The position numbers and the translations under genes are program-made. Of a DNA stretch of 64,000 bases, positions 1 through 11,264 are shown in pieces. Within the stretch, counting starts at the first letter, position 1, and each line of letters starts with the position of its first letter. The notes beneath the pieces are model-generated. The model had not been told where the DNA came from and searched no databases. It worked only from the letters and a program-made list of their open reading frames with translations. This DNA comes from Hydrolagus colliei. Taxonomy: Eukaryota. Location of the stretch: the NCBI GenBank assembly GCA_035084275.1, contig CM068750.1, positions 6,386,001 to 6,450,000 of the forward strand. The letters run 5' to 3'.

Positions 1-252
1 AATCTGATTTTTGACATAAAGGCATACAAAGGCAGTTAAGTAAACAATAATAGAAATATAAAATATTTTGTGTCAGGTTGTTGGGAGTTAGAAAGGACAG
101 TCCCCTTTCCCTTCAGAGCTGAATTCATTACCTTATACTGTAATAGGAAATGAAATAAAAAAAGTCTCAATTAGATTTTAAAATATTGTCTTTTGAAGGA
201 AAACAAATGTTCTAGTATTCACATATGCAGGTTATCAAACATTCGCAGGTTA

Positions 253-451
253 TCAAAAATTCTTGCTATGTTGTGCATACCACTGTTGCCTTTGCTTGCG
301 ATTTTCAAGTTCTGAAAGAAGGGCTTGTCTATAAGCCTCATAGGACTTCACAATCCTTTCCAGTTCCTTCATGAAGAGCAGTTTTAGCATTCCTTGGTAA
401 GTGTCCAGGTCTGCTAGTTGGAAGAGTTCCCATTTCAGAATGTGATCATAT
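253..451 (-). CDS. SAV1: SAV1 coding exon 5 (SARAH domain, stop TGA at 255-253)
   Basis: tttag acceptor; [65 protein letters not shown]. Confidence 0.95.
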
Positions 452-3400
452 CTAAATTAGTGATAGAGACCAAAAGTGACCAACTCTGCATGAACATTTT
501 AACCTAAATTAGTTAGTAATTTGAAGTATAGAAATTATGTTAACAGCACAATTTTAGCAATAAACTGAAAATCTACATAACAGTTTGAAATGTTATTACA
601 TTTTAGAATTAATTAATCACACTTTCTAAATGCTATATACTTTTGTTCTAAGAATTCTTGAAATTTGATATAGTGCCTTTTACATTGGGAATAACATCTC
701 AAAATGCTTCACAGGATTTACTGTAATCTGTGGTGACCATATTTGTTAGGCAAACATGGCATTCAATTTGCATACAATGTCCCACAAACCCATTTTAAGT
801 AAATGCCTAATTTCATCTGAGATTGTTGCCCAGAACACCAGAAGTAACACCCTTCACTTTTAGAATATCTGTATGGAATCTATAATATCCATCTGAACAT
901 ACAGATGGGATGTTCCAGGCTGACACTCCTATATTATATATTTTAAATAATTTTTGGAGATTTTGCATATGCAGTGTACTCCAAGGCCAATATAGATTAT
1001 GCAAGGTTTACTCCAAGGTAGCAGTGTTGCTTTAGACCAGTGGTTGGCCAATAGAATAATCATGGAAATATCAAAATAGCATTGATTTATGCTATAAATC
1101 AAGAAACATTTATTTTGTTAGCCATTGCTGGTTTAGACAATTGTGGGATTGAGATTTGATTTGGGACGTCCTCTTGATGTGAAAGGCGCTATAAAATGTA
1201 AGTTTTGATTGATTGATTGATTGAATAACCTGGAACAAGAGATTTGAAGTAATAGTAGTGGGCTGAACGAAGTGCACAGAGTGCAGAAATTTGCCAGAAG
1301 CAAGTAATTTCAGCAGCATCATTTTCCATACAAGTGCTTACTTTACTGGAGCCCTGGCATAGACCTTCAACCAATCTGGGATCTCTGCAGTGTGGTATGG
1401 GTTTGCAGGAACTAGGACGAGCTGGTTTCGATCAGGGGGTCTTGGTTGGTACGCGACAGGAGGAGGAAGAGGTGGAGGCTGGTCATACCGAGGAACACTG
1501 CAAATTAAAGAAATAATTTCAAAAATATTTCTAAAAAAATACAAATTCACATGAATGATTCATCGACACAATGCTTCCCGCACACATTTGTACACAACAC
1601 AAATAAAATGTTCTCTGTTGAAATTTCAAAGTGAAAAGTTTGAGATGGAAGTTAACCAATATGGAACATGGAACATCATTGCACAATTCATGGAACATCA
1701 TTGCACAATTCAACCATCAATTTGATTCTACTCACACAAACCTTATGACGTAATCTAAAATAAAATTAGATTTAAATTTTCTTTCATGATCAATAATAAT
1801 AATCCTTACATTTGATATAGCGTTTTTCACGTCATCTAGACGTCTCAAAACACTTCACAGAATATACTGTAAAGTAAATTGGCTCTATTTGTTGGTGAAA
1901 CATGGCACGCCAATTGCGCACAATTGCAACGAGAATAAATAAAGCAGCTTTGATTGTAGGATAAAATTAATTAGTTCTTTACTGTACCTGGGTGCACAGG
2001 GATGCTTGTACTGAGCTCGCTTGTTGATATGATCGACATAGTAAACTCCAAATTCGGCCGATTCAACTCTCTCCCACCCAGGTGGCAAACCTTCTCTTTC
2101 AAGAGGATGACTCCAATGAGTTGTGTTAGTATTATGATCTATAAAGTATTTCCTTCCCCGAATAGTCCAGTCTACTGTCCAACCAAGAGGAAGAGGCATT
2201 TCATCAGTACCATAATTTGTCAGGTTTCCTAAGGAAGTTGAAGGAATTCTTCCTATGCCTAAAGCCAAAACGAGAAAGTGTTAAGCATCATTCATCCATG
2301 AGCTAAATTAATAAATGTTAAAATAAGTTAGGATAGCTAGAATGGCACACTATTGACTATGTTTAATGGCTCCAGAAAATAACTGAACTGTTGCTAGAGT
2401 AGAGAAAAAAGATCCATAAGATCACATATATATTATAGAGTGAAACATTCTGAAGACCATATCTCCTATAAGACATGGTGCATCTGGAATTTCTTTCTAA
2501 AATCCATGTGAAGACCAAACAAATGGAAGAATTAAACTTGTGCCTTCAACATAATTTCAAATGCTCAACATGCATTTTCAAATGCACAATTTCAAATTGC
2601 TCAACACTTAAACTGAAACATATATACAGCTGGATTTAGTTGATTGTACCCCTCTATAAAAAAAAGCCAAATTGCTGGCATGGAACAAATGGGAAATTTG
2701 AAAGGAGGCAAGCAATCGTTGTGCTAAAACTACCCTTAGAACAACTTTGCCAAAACTAGAATTCAAATGAAAATACTCCAATAAAAAGCAAATAAAAGTT
2801 TAAACTACGTAATCTTTTTACGCCATCTTATCTCTTACAACTAACTCAAAGATTAATTTTCTGTAAAAAACAAAACAAAAAGAGCAACTGACTTTCACAA
2901 CAAATTCCTTTTTGTTTTCTAACACAATGAAATACGGAAGTTCAAAAGAATGTTGATCTGGTTCCAACAGAATGAATTAGAATGTTTTTAGGTCAACAAA
3001 TTGCAAAGCATTTATTTACCATTTACTGTTTGATCAAAATTTCTCTAAATCTTTCTACCTTCATACTGAAGAGATATCAATGGCTTCTGATGGCTCAGTT
3101 CATAAAGCCACTGCCAATACAGGGAAACCCACTCATAACACTGCCTTGTTTATAAGTGCAGGTCACCGAGTACTCATGCTCTCAGCTATACCCAGCTTTC
3201 TGCACTAAAAATTAGCCGACTCCCTGATCGAGTATGTTATTGATATCAGTTTTTCAGTCTGTGCAGGCCACATTGTGTGAGACAGGAACAGATGACAGTG
3301 GTGACGTGTCAATCCTGGAGTCAGCCATTAAGCTACTGAATCATCAGATGCACACAATAACGTGGTTGCTCTGTATGAAGGAGAATGTTTCAGCAAAAAA

Positions 3401-6400
3401 ATTAATAACCCAATTCAATGTCATGGATGTGTGCAATAGTCAAAACATCACAGATATTGAAATGTGAAATGCAAGATTTAGAAAATAACCATCAAAAACA
3501 GGTTTGAGGAAGATCCTAGGTTATATCTTACTCCATGATACACTGAGACCAGTTCTCAATTTACCTTAACAAAACACAAAATACTACAGATGCTGGGAAT
3601 CTGAATCAAAAACAAAAGTTGCTGGGGAAACTCAGCAGGTCAAGCAGCATCCATGAAGAAAGGAAAAAGAGTCAACGTTTCGGGTTTTTAAAACCTCTCC
3701 CTCCAAACAAGCCCCAGTTCTGACGAAGGGTTGACTCTTTTTCCTTTCTCCATGGATGCTGCTTGACCTGCTGAGTTTCCCCAGCAACTTTTGTTTTTGA
3801 TTTTCAATTTACCTTACTTTTTTTGAATATACACCTTTCTCTGCTACCCTAATTTCAAACCACACTAAAAGAGATTAAACACATTAACATTCTAGTGGGC
3901 ATAACTTGATGGAATTTCCTTGCACCCCATAATTGCAATAAATTGGTTCAACTAGGCTTCCCAGAATGCATCCACCACTGAGCAGTACTGTAAATGGAAA
4001 GTGCCCTTTGTCTTTGGTAATCATATCAGATCTATTTTGGAGCAAACATGCAACAACTTGCATTTATATAGCGCCCCCTCACGCAGGGTAGCAGCCTTGA
4101 GTGCTTGGAATAGAGCACTCTGCAACAGAGAAGGGGGCTAGAGAAGAAAAAAAAATTGCCCTTCTCATGACTGTCAGTAATGCCAAGTTCCATAAAGAAT
4201 TTACCCAACCCTATGATGGAATCCAGTTTTACAGGATTGAGACACAATCTGAACTCAGCATATTCCAAAGACATTCAGAATATGCAGTTTCCTCCATCCT
4301 CTAAAATATTCATTCATTGTACAGCTTGGGATACCTCCTTTTCACCTGTGGTGCTCAATGAACGTACTCCATCCACATGTCACTGGATCACCACTGACAG
4401 CTTGCCTGGTTATGGAATGGTGACAGATCTGCATTTCAATGTTCCCTCTCCTTTTCTTGCTGTCCTGCAAGAAAAGGAAAGGGAAGGCTATTAGCAGATG
4501 GAACTATGCTATATCCATAAGGCAAGTGTAAAGGCTAAATTATATTTGATAAACCCTAACAGTCCATTTATTTCCTCTCCCTTTCTCAGATCAATCCTTA
4601 AAACCCCATACGTGAATCATAGATATCAGGAACTCACCAGGTTGGGAAATACAAGCCCCATCGCACAATGGTGAAAAGTGTATAAATATTTATGAGCCAG
4701 CTTATGGCAACACTATTTGCGATTACAAAAATGGAAAGATGAAAATAAGCCAAACTAAATACTAACATTGGATAGGATTGTAATCAACTGATAAAAGGTA
4801 ACAAGTCAGCAGTAATAAAGAAAAGAGCAGAAAACTCCAGCATATTCACCACAAATTCCGTTTTGGGGTAGAACTGCTAATTAAGATTATGTTTACATTG
4901 ACACAATGAATAAGATAATGATATTTTCACTGTTGATTATCTTTTCATTCAAATTGAGTTTTGAATTTTACGGAATATTGAATTAGTGTATGAAAGTTAT
5001 CATTCGTCCCAAATTTACATGAAATGCATGTTCTTCTAACATAGGTTCTTTAACATTGGTAATTTTTTGTATTTTTGAGAAAAAGCTACTGTCTACCGAT
5101 TGTATGCTACAATATTTACATTTAATTAATTACATACATGCTCTATAAAATAGTCAGGAATTAGAAACAGCAAGAATCTTTTTCCTGTCAATAGTGAAAT
5201 ATTTATGAATGAAAGTAAATCATCGGTAAAAAGTTATGGATACTGTGTTTTAAGAAAGAAAAATCTTGACACATTTGTTTAAGATATAATAATAATCATC
5301 CTTGCATTTGATATAGCGCTTTTCATGTCTTCTAGACGTCGCAAAGCGCTTCACAGAATATACTGCAAAGTGAATTGAATGTACATATGTGGGTGTAAAG
5401 CGGCAGCCAATTGCGCACAGCAGTATCCCACAAAGTCGTAGGTGAACAGTCAGCACACCAATCGTCCTCTTAACTACAGTATATACTGAAGTGAAGTGAA
5501 ATCAAAGTTCTTAACAATGAATTAGCCACAATCATCCCAATTTCATCAGAAGCAAGTTAGTATTTTGATCCATTTACACTTTGGAAAAGTTAAGTTTTCC
5601 CTGTCTATAAGCAACTGTATCATAACAGTTTACATTTCTGTTTATACATCAACCTTGAAGTTCAAAAATACTTCTTCGGATTTTCTTTCCACTTACAATT
5701 CCTCAAGTAGCACTAAAGCTTACTTTCCCTCGAAGATTGAAAACATAAGGCACATTCTCAAGACAGGATGCAATTAAGATCACATATTGCTTTAATCATA
5801 TGCATTTTCTACCTTGCTACTCCAACTGAGAAGGATCAGCAGAATTAAACACTCTTTTAAAAAAAACATTTCTATTGCAGTTGCTCTTTGTCACTTTGCT
5901 TGGAAATCAACCAAGTATGTGGAAATTGCCTGAAGCTGTTCAGTCAAGAACTACTGAAAACTATTGCTATTACAACTACTTCAGACACTCCATTCCCTAT
6001 TCAGATTTTAAAGTTGCTTAAATTTTGCCATTTAAACTTAAAAGTTTTTCCTTGGGAGAAGTTAGATTCTGAATCTGGGTTATTAATTCAGTTTCCTTCC
6101 CTACTTTCCTTAAAGCAATGATGTAATTATGTGCTACAGGGCTATTATTTATGGCTCAGCCATAACACTCTTTCCTCTGAATCAGAAGATTGTGGATTCA
6201 AATCCCATGTCACTGCTTTGAGCTCACAATCAAGGTGGTTGGGGGCAGTGTAACGTCCGAACGTCTTTGGTTAAAATGAGAATATAATGATAAACTGAGA
6301 TGCTGTCTCACTTATAAGATGAAGTATTTGAAAATAAAAGCATTTATTTCTGGTGACCTGGCAAACAATCCGCCAGATTAAATATTGGTCATTCACTTCA

Positions 6401-7961
6401 CGGCTGTTTGAGAGACTCTTGCTGCCATGTTCAGCCTCACATACACACGGACTAAAGTGCTTTGAGAGGTTTTGACCCGATTTGGCACTGTATCATATAC
6501 AGTACAAGGATTTTGAGTATTTATAGGGTTGGGTCCCCATCGTTGATGGTGGATTCGTACTTGTATGAATGATACAGGAACACAATACAGAAGTCCAGTG
6601 ACACATCATTACCCAAATATGTCAAATGGTGCAAAGTAGGAACGTTTTGTATTAAACTGAAGTAAAGAGGTCAGAACACTTTAAAAATAGTTAATTCAGT
6701 TCAAAGGAAAACTAAATGCTTTATCTGAATATGCATTCCCAGATAGAAAGCTTACCAGCCGCAAGTCTTCCCTGTCCCTGTGGTAACCGTGAATAAGGAT
6801 CATGATTATGATCGAAGAATCTTTGGTCGTCACGGAAACGCTCAGCTAAGTGACGACGCCTTTGCCCATCATCATAATATGGGTCAGGATAGTAATACCG
6901 GGCACCAGGTTGACCAGCATCTCCGTTCTCTGAGTTTATTTCAGGTGGAAAGGATTGAGATGAGGTACCATATTCTCGAGGGACTTCAGACAGATTTCGT
7001 GGAATGTAGGAAGATCCCGAAGGCCTGCTGCTCTCTTGCCTAACTATTTCATGAGCTGGCCTTTGGATAGGACCTCGTAGAAAACTTTGGTTTCGGGAAA
7101 CCACCATATCACCAGCGGAAGGGTAAACAGAAGATCCGGTTTCTGCTAAAACATCAGTGCGCCTCGGAATGGTTGGTCCATGGCGGATAAATGAAGGCAT
7201 CAAATCTGTAATTAAGATAGTGGTGTTTAATTAAACACAGTTTAAAAAACAATTGGGAGATTAAACGTTTACATAGCACTTTCACAAGCCTGAGTTGATG
7301 AAGGGGAGGGAAAGCATGACCAAAATTAACAATGAATACTTGCATCAAGGCAAGTTTTGAAGATAAGGAGAAAGGGAGGGTGGAGAGGAAAGAAGATAAC
7401 TTCAGACATCAGCAAAATATCTCAAGGCTCACACACAAATGGTGGAGTGGACAAGCTGGGGGAAGTTAATCAGGTTGGTGTTTACTGAACAGAAACAAAA
7501 ACGACATTTGACCTCCAGTCTTTTAAGACGGATACCCTTCAATTAACACATCTTGCGGAGTCCTAAAAGGGTCAAACGCATTCCTAGAAAAATAAAAACA
7601 TCGCAAAGGCGGTGGTGGGGAAGCGAAGTTTAAGCAGCGACGGAGCCAACTGTCCCCTCAGGGATGGAGCGGTGGCGCCCGGGCTGCCCAAGGCAAACGT
7701 GCACATATTGTAGCTCACGTTAAACGTTAATTAATGTTCAAAGAAGAGTTCAGTGTTAAGTGTCGCTGGTCTCCTCGCTTCCCTGTCCCAGGTGAAGCAG
7801 CCCCGGGTTTCCACCATAACTCGGAGCACTCCCACCCACCCACCCACCCACCCCTCCCCTCACTTACTCCTCAGCATCGGAGACGTCTCCTTCTTGACAT
7901 ATTTCCCCTGAACCTCGGGCGGTTTGGACGCTTCGTTTTTACTTTTCTTCCTGGATAACAT
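253..7961 (-). CDS. SAV1: Protein salvador homolog 1 (Hippo scaffold, two WW domains plus SARAH), 5 coding exons, 389 aa
   Basis: Exons 7961-7868, 7205-6756, 2258-1988, 1497-1342 and 451-253 are all GT-AG with consistent phases (sum 1170 nt). They translate [14 protein letters not shown]...[16 protein letters not shown]...WW-WW...[31 protein letters not shown]...[10 protein letters not shown], recognisably SAV1. Confidence 0.97.
1342..1497 (-). CDS. SAV1: SAV1 coding exon 4
   Basis: cag acceptor, gtaagc donor; [17 protein letters not shown]...[17 protein letters not shown]. Confidence 0.95.
1988..2258 (-). CDS. SAV1: SAV1 coding exon 3 (two WW domains)
   Basis: tttag acceptor, gtacag donor; [30 protein letters not shown] and [30 protein letters not shown]. 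Confidence 0.96.
3569..3803. mobile_element. Non-autonomous Penelope-like element forming a foldback, with 13-bp target-site duplication
   Basis: Arms 3604-3676 and 3730-3802 are reverse complements with 1 mismatch in 73 bp; flanked by TCAATTTACCTTA at 3556-3568 and 3804-3816; carries broken CTGACGA and GAAACGTTGAC hammerhead half-motifs typical of Penelope termini. Confidence 0.75.
5285..5435 (-). mobile_element. 5'-truncated tRNA-SINE (L2-type tail)
   Basis: Reverse complement of the shared tail GTGAAGCGCTTT...GACGTCTAGAAGAC..GAAAAGCGCTATATCAAATGCAAGGA(TTA)n. Confidence 0.8.
6151..6512 (+). mobile_element. Degenerate Deu-domain-like SINE
   Basis: tRNA-like head (ctctgaatcagaagattgtggattcaaatccc), a body resembling 39133-39645 and an L2-type tail. 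Confidence 0.55.
6756..7205 (-). CDS. SAV1: SAV1 coding exon 2
   Basis: ttacag acceptor, gtaagc donor; [17 protein letters not shown]...RNQSFLR...GQGRLAA. Confidence 0.96.
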
Positions 7962-8700
7962 CGCTTGCTTCAATTCACAGGAACTCGGGCCGCCCGTCCC
8001 TCAACATCTCCGCGGGAGCAGCGCGGACCCAAACGCGACTGGGCGCCGTCGCCTGATATAAAGAGACGCTGGGGGCTGAGTCAGGCCGCCGGAGGTTCTC
8101 CTCAGAGGCCCAGATGGTGTCAACGACCGAAGCAGACGCCTGGCTTTGAGGCTGACCTAACACCCGGGCGGTGTCTCCAATCCCCCAGGAGAGGGGGGGT
8201 GTTGGTATTGCTGTGGATGGTCCCAGGGCTCGCGCTCCGGCGGTTGGTGGGGGCACGATCTCGCTCAGGCTCTCGAGCCGCTGGGAATCGGATCTGAGTC
8301 TGCGCAGCCCGCGGAATCCTGGGAACTGGCGATGCCGAGTGAGTCTGTAATTCACTCTCCCTTCGCTTGTGCGGTAACAGGGTATTCAAGTCCCGTATTG
8401 CGGCCTAATATTTCACCCTCAATAGTCAATATTCGCACTTCCTCCTCATTCCACAGTCGCACACATAAAGTAACCCTAAAGATATTCATAACGTCGCGCC
8501 TGCTAATGGGTAGGTAAGTACAGTCACAACAACCCGGCCAATTGGGCGTTAACCCTCCCCAATCAAACCACCATTGGCTGGCAACGTAATACGGTCCGCG
8601 AGCCTGTGTTTACATCCCCGCAGACAATAATCTCTGCCATTGTGGATCGCTCTGTGACGCCGCCCCGGCGTGGAGGGCGCTGTATACGGTACAGTACTGT
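7600..8700 (-). promoter_or_regulatory. CpG-island promoter and 5'UTR of SAV1
   Basis: The main extended GC/CpG-rich block in the window, spanning exon 1; CCAAT boxes at 8538-8545 (CCAATTGG), 8559-8563 and 8573-8577; GC box near 8660. Exact TSS not determinable. Confidence 0.8.
7868..7961 (-). CDS. SAV1: SAV1 coding exon 1 (ATG at 7961)
   Basis: [31 protein letters not shown], then gtaagt donor; missed by the ORF track. Confidence 0.95.
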
Positions 8701-8756
8701 AAATGCAAATTGTTCTTCGTATAATCTGCCACTGCTTCTCCATCCCTAACACACAC

Positions 8757-8867
8757 ACAAACAGAAGTCGACCGGAAACACTCAGCAGGTCAGGCAGTAT
8801 CTCGTGAGAAAGGACGGAGAGTCAACGTTTCGGGTCCACGACCTTTCGTCAGGATGTTCTCCACCCC
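8757..8867 (-). mobile_element. Penelope-like terminal fragment
   Basis: Similar to the arm of the 3569-3803 element (ctcagcaggtca.gcag.atc...gagaaagga...agagtcaacgtttcggg). Confidence 0.7.
8811..8867 (-). ncRNA. Candidate minimal type I hammerhead ribozyme (Penelope-type)
   Basis: Minus strand reads CUGACGA-AA-GGUC-GUG-GACC-C-GAAAC-GUU/GAC, with flanks able to form an interrupted stem I. Activity unproven. Confidence 0.55.
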
Positions 8868-8934
8868 TACTCATCGTCATTCACTTACAGCCCTCACCCT
8901 CCCATCGTTACCCACCCTCCATTCATCTGTACCC

Positions 8935-9180
8935 CCAATAATAATAATAATTCTTGTATTTTAATGTGCCTTTCACATCTTCTAGACGTCTCAAAGTGCT
9001 TCACATAATATATTGTAAAGTATAGTGATTTGTGGGCAACACACAAACAGTCATGGATTGAGTGATCAAAATACTTTTTTTTTGTCTTGAGGGATTATTA
9101 TCGGTCATGTGGAGTAAAGAAACTTGCTCAAGGTTTTTCCTTGCCACGAATCAAACCCAGATCCTCACGCTTGCAAGGCT
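8935..9180 (-). mobile_element. Degenerate tRNA-SINE
   Basis: Reverse-complement tail with (TAA)n and body motif gtggagtaa.gaaacttgc.caaggttt shared with full-length copies. Confidence 0.7.
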
Positions 9181-9204
9181 TATACCCTTAATTATACTCT
9201 CTGC

Positions 9205-9690
9205 CTCCACCCTCAATTCCAGGACGACTGCCTGTCAGACATCGTCCTGGATGAGAGACAACTTTCTACAGTTGAATGTCAGCAAAACCAAGGTCCTCCT
9301 GATTGGCTCGCAACAGCGCCTCCGCACCTTAGGCACTGGCAGCATCAGCATCCATGGATGCACACTCCACCTAATCAAGCCCATCAGGAATCTGGATGTC
9401 TTGTTTGACCATTAGCAGTCTTTTCTCCCGCATCCACACCTCCGCAACATCGCCTGTCTCTGTCACTGCCTCACCCCTCAGGCCGCTGAAACCCTTACAC
9501 AAGTGTTTGTCACCTCACGGCTCGACCACGGCAACTCCTTGTTGACCTCCCCAATCTTTCCCTTCATGAGCTGTAGATCATCCAAAATTCAGCAGCTATT
9601 GCCCTCCTCAATCCTGGCCCCAGCTCGGGTCTGAAACACTACGTCCAGCTCTCGACGTAAAAGACGTTATACAAATGTAATTTTGTTGTT
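9205..9690 (+). mobile_element. L2-clade LINE ORF2 C-terminal fragment (degenerate)
   Basis: Frameshifted translation CLSDI.SWMRDNFLQLNVSKTKVLLIG...IRNLDVLFD...HLRNIA...AETL...FVTSRLDHGNSLL...IQNSAA, typical of the post-RT region of L2. Confidence 0.85.
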
Positions 9691-10262
9691 AAGCTGCTGC
9701 TCACTGCTCCTTCATAAAAGAAATGTGTAATTTTCCAATCTTTGTACCAATTGTATCCAGTTGTAATCTTCCCTTTCCCTTAAATACCATAAGACAGTAA
9801 CCTTTGACAATGACCTTATGAAAATGTGTCTTGAAAATAAACATTGAACAACACTGACCAAAATATACTGTACTAATAGCAAGTCATCTTTTGGCCTCCA
9901 AACTGGACAATGATTTGTGGTGTGGAATGAACCACAAAGGAAGAAATAATAATAATAATACTAATCCTTGCATTTGATATGTTCAAATTGAAAGAATAAT
10001 AGACTAGAGCCTATCCCATACTGTAATTTTATAGTCCCACCAATCAAAGAACTGTTAAATATGCAGAAACATCACATGGCATCTAAATTGTTTTTAATTA
10101 TTCCAACAATGCCAAGAATGTTCAATGTTGCTACTAGCCCTGCCTTACCTGGGAGCTATTAGCATGGAAGTGATACTCTAGTGTTAAGAATTTTTGAAGT
10201 GTGAATCCTTTGGTTAAATTACGGTTCTTTATAGTTTCAGTATTTTTTTCAACAATCAAAAA

Positions 10263-10272
10263 TTTATTTATT
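10263..10272 (-). terminator. Probable NIN polyadenylation signal (two overlapping AATAAA)
   Basis: Plus-strand tttatttatt about 1 kb after the NIN stop, followed on the minus strand by a U/GU-rich stretch. Confidence 0.55.
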
Positions 10273-11264
10273 CATAACATTAATATTTCTAACACAAATT
10301 GTAATTTCTATTCAGACATCATTTTACAACCATTGCTTTAAGCAAATGATATTCCCAAGCACCCCATTGATCAGCCAGGCATAAGATGTGTGGGTTAACA
10401 TATATATTTATGGCTTGCAAACATGACCTGCATCTATCCATACTGTTATGTTCAATATGGAGGTATGAATGTTGTTTTCTGTATTCAAGACAAATAACAT
10501 TTTTACAGGAACAATTACATTTTAGGCAGCATGATACATCTTGAAGCACCACATGGCAGCTGGTTTTACACAAGTGTAATAAATGTAAATGCAAATACTG
10601 TCACAGGTTTAATCTGATTGTTCTGCATAGTATAATCTCAAATAAAAACTCAGTATTTACAATTCTTTGACAAGATAGTGTTGCCTTTTTGTCAGTGTTC
10701 CACACTTAAATGAATAAACTATACAAACTATTTAAACATACTTTTAAATTATCAATAATAATATTCTGCAACTGGGTTGTATAAAAGGAAAAGTAGGCCT
10801 TAGTTCCAGCTACAGATGCACTTGTTTCCTCACACTAATATCACAAAAACTATTTTAATTGGCTTTGTTCCAGTCACATTAATCTTTGGCCTACACAGAA
10901 TGTTTAAAGACAAATCAAAACACATCTAACTCTTTATGCTTTTTTTTAAAAAAAGACAGCTTTATATAAAAAAACTTTTCCCTCATAAGTCTCTTAAAAA
11001 GTAACCGTCTCCTTCACGTGAGATTATTGAATATATCCTTAAATACTGAGGGGTGACGTATACCAGTGTTTTGAAGGCATCGGTAATACTGTTAAGGTTA
11101 GAGCAATATTTACTTTTCTCTCATTTTGCAATTCTCAAAACATTCAGAAGTCCAGGAAAAAGCAAGTACTTGCTAAAGGAATATTTAAAGTATAAAGTGC
11201 AAAAGTGTTTCTAAACATGTCCTTCTTTGGACTTTATCGTTTATGACCTTATTAATATAACATG

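Noticed and set aside
1665-1712. 22-bp tandem duplication in SAV1 intron 3 (similar small duplication near 14848-14877)
   Set aside because: Ordinary two-copy slippage duplication with no spacers, so not CRISPR-like.
7965-8389. Several 89-126 aa ORFs on both strands at the SAV1 5' end
   Set aside because: They reflect stop-codon scarcity in a GC-rich island, mostly have non-ATG starts and show no recognisable protein features.
9062-9415. 117-aa plus-strand ORF
   Set aside because: It is a chimera of SINE sequence and a frameshifted L2 ORF2 remnant, not a host gene.
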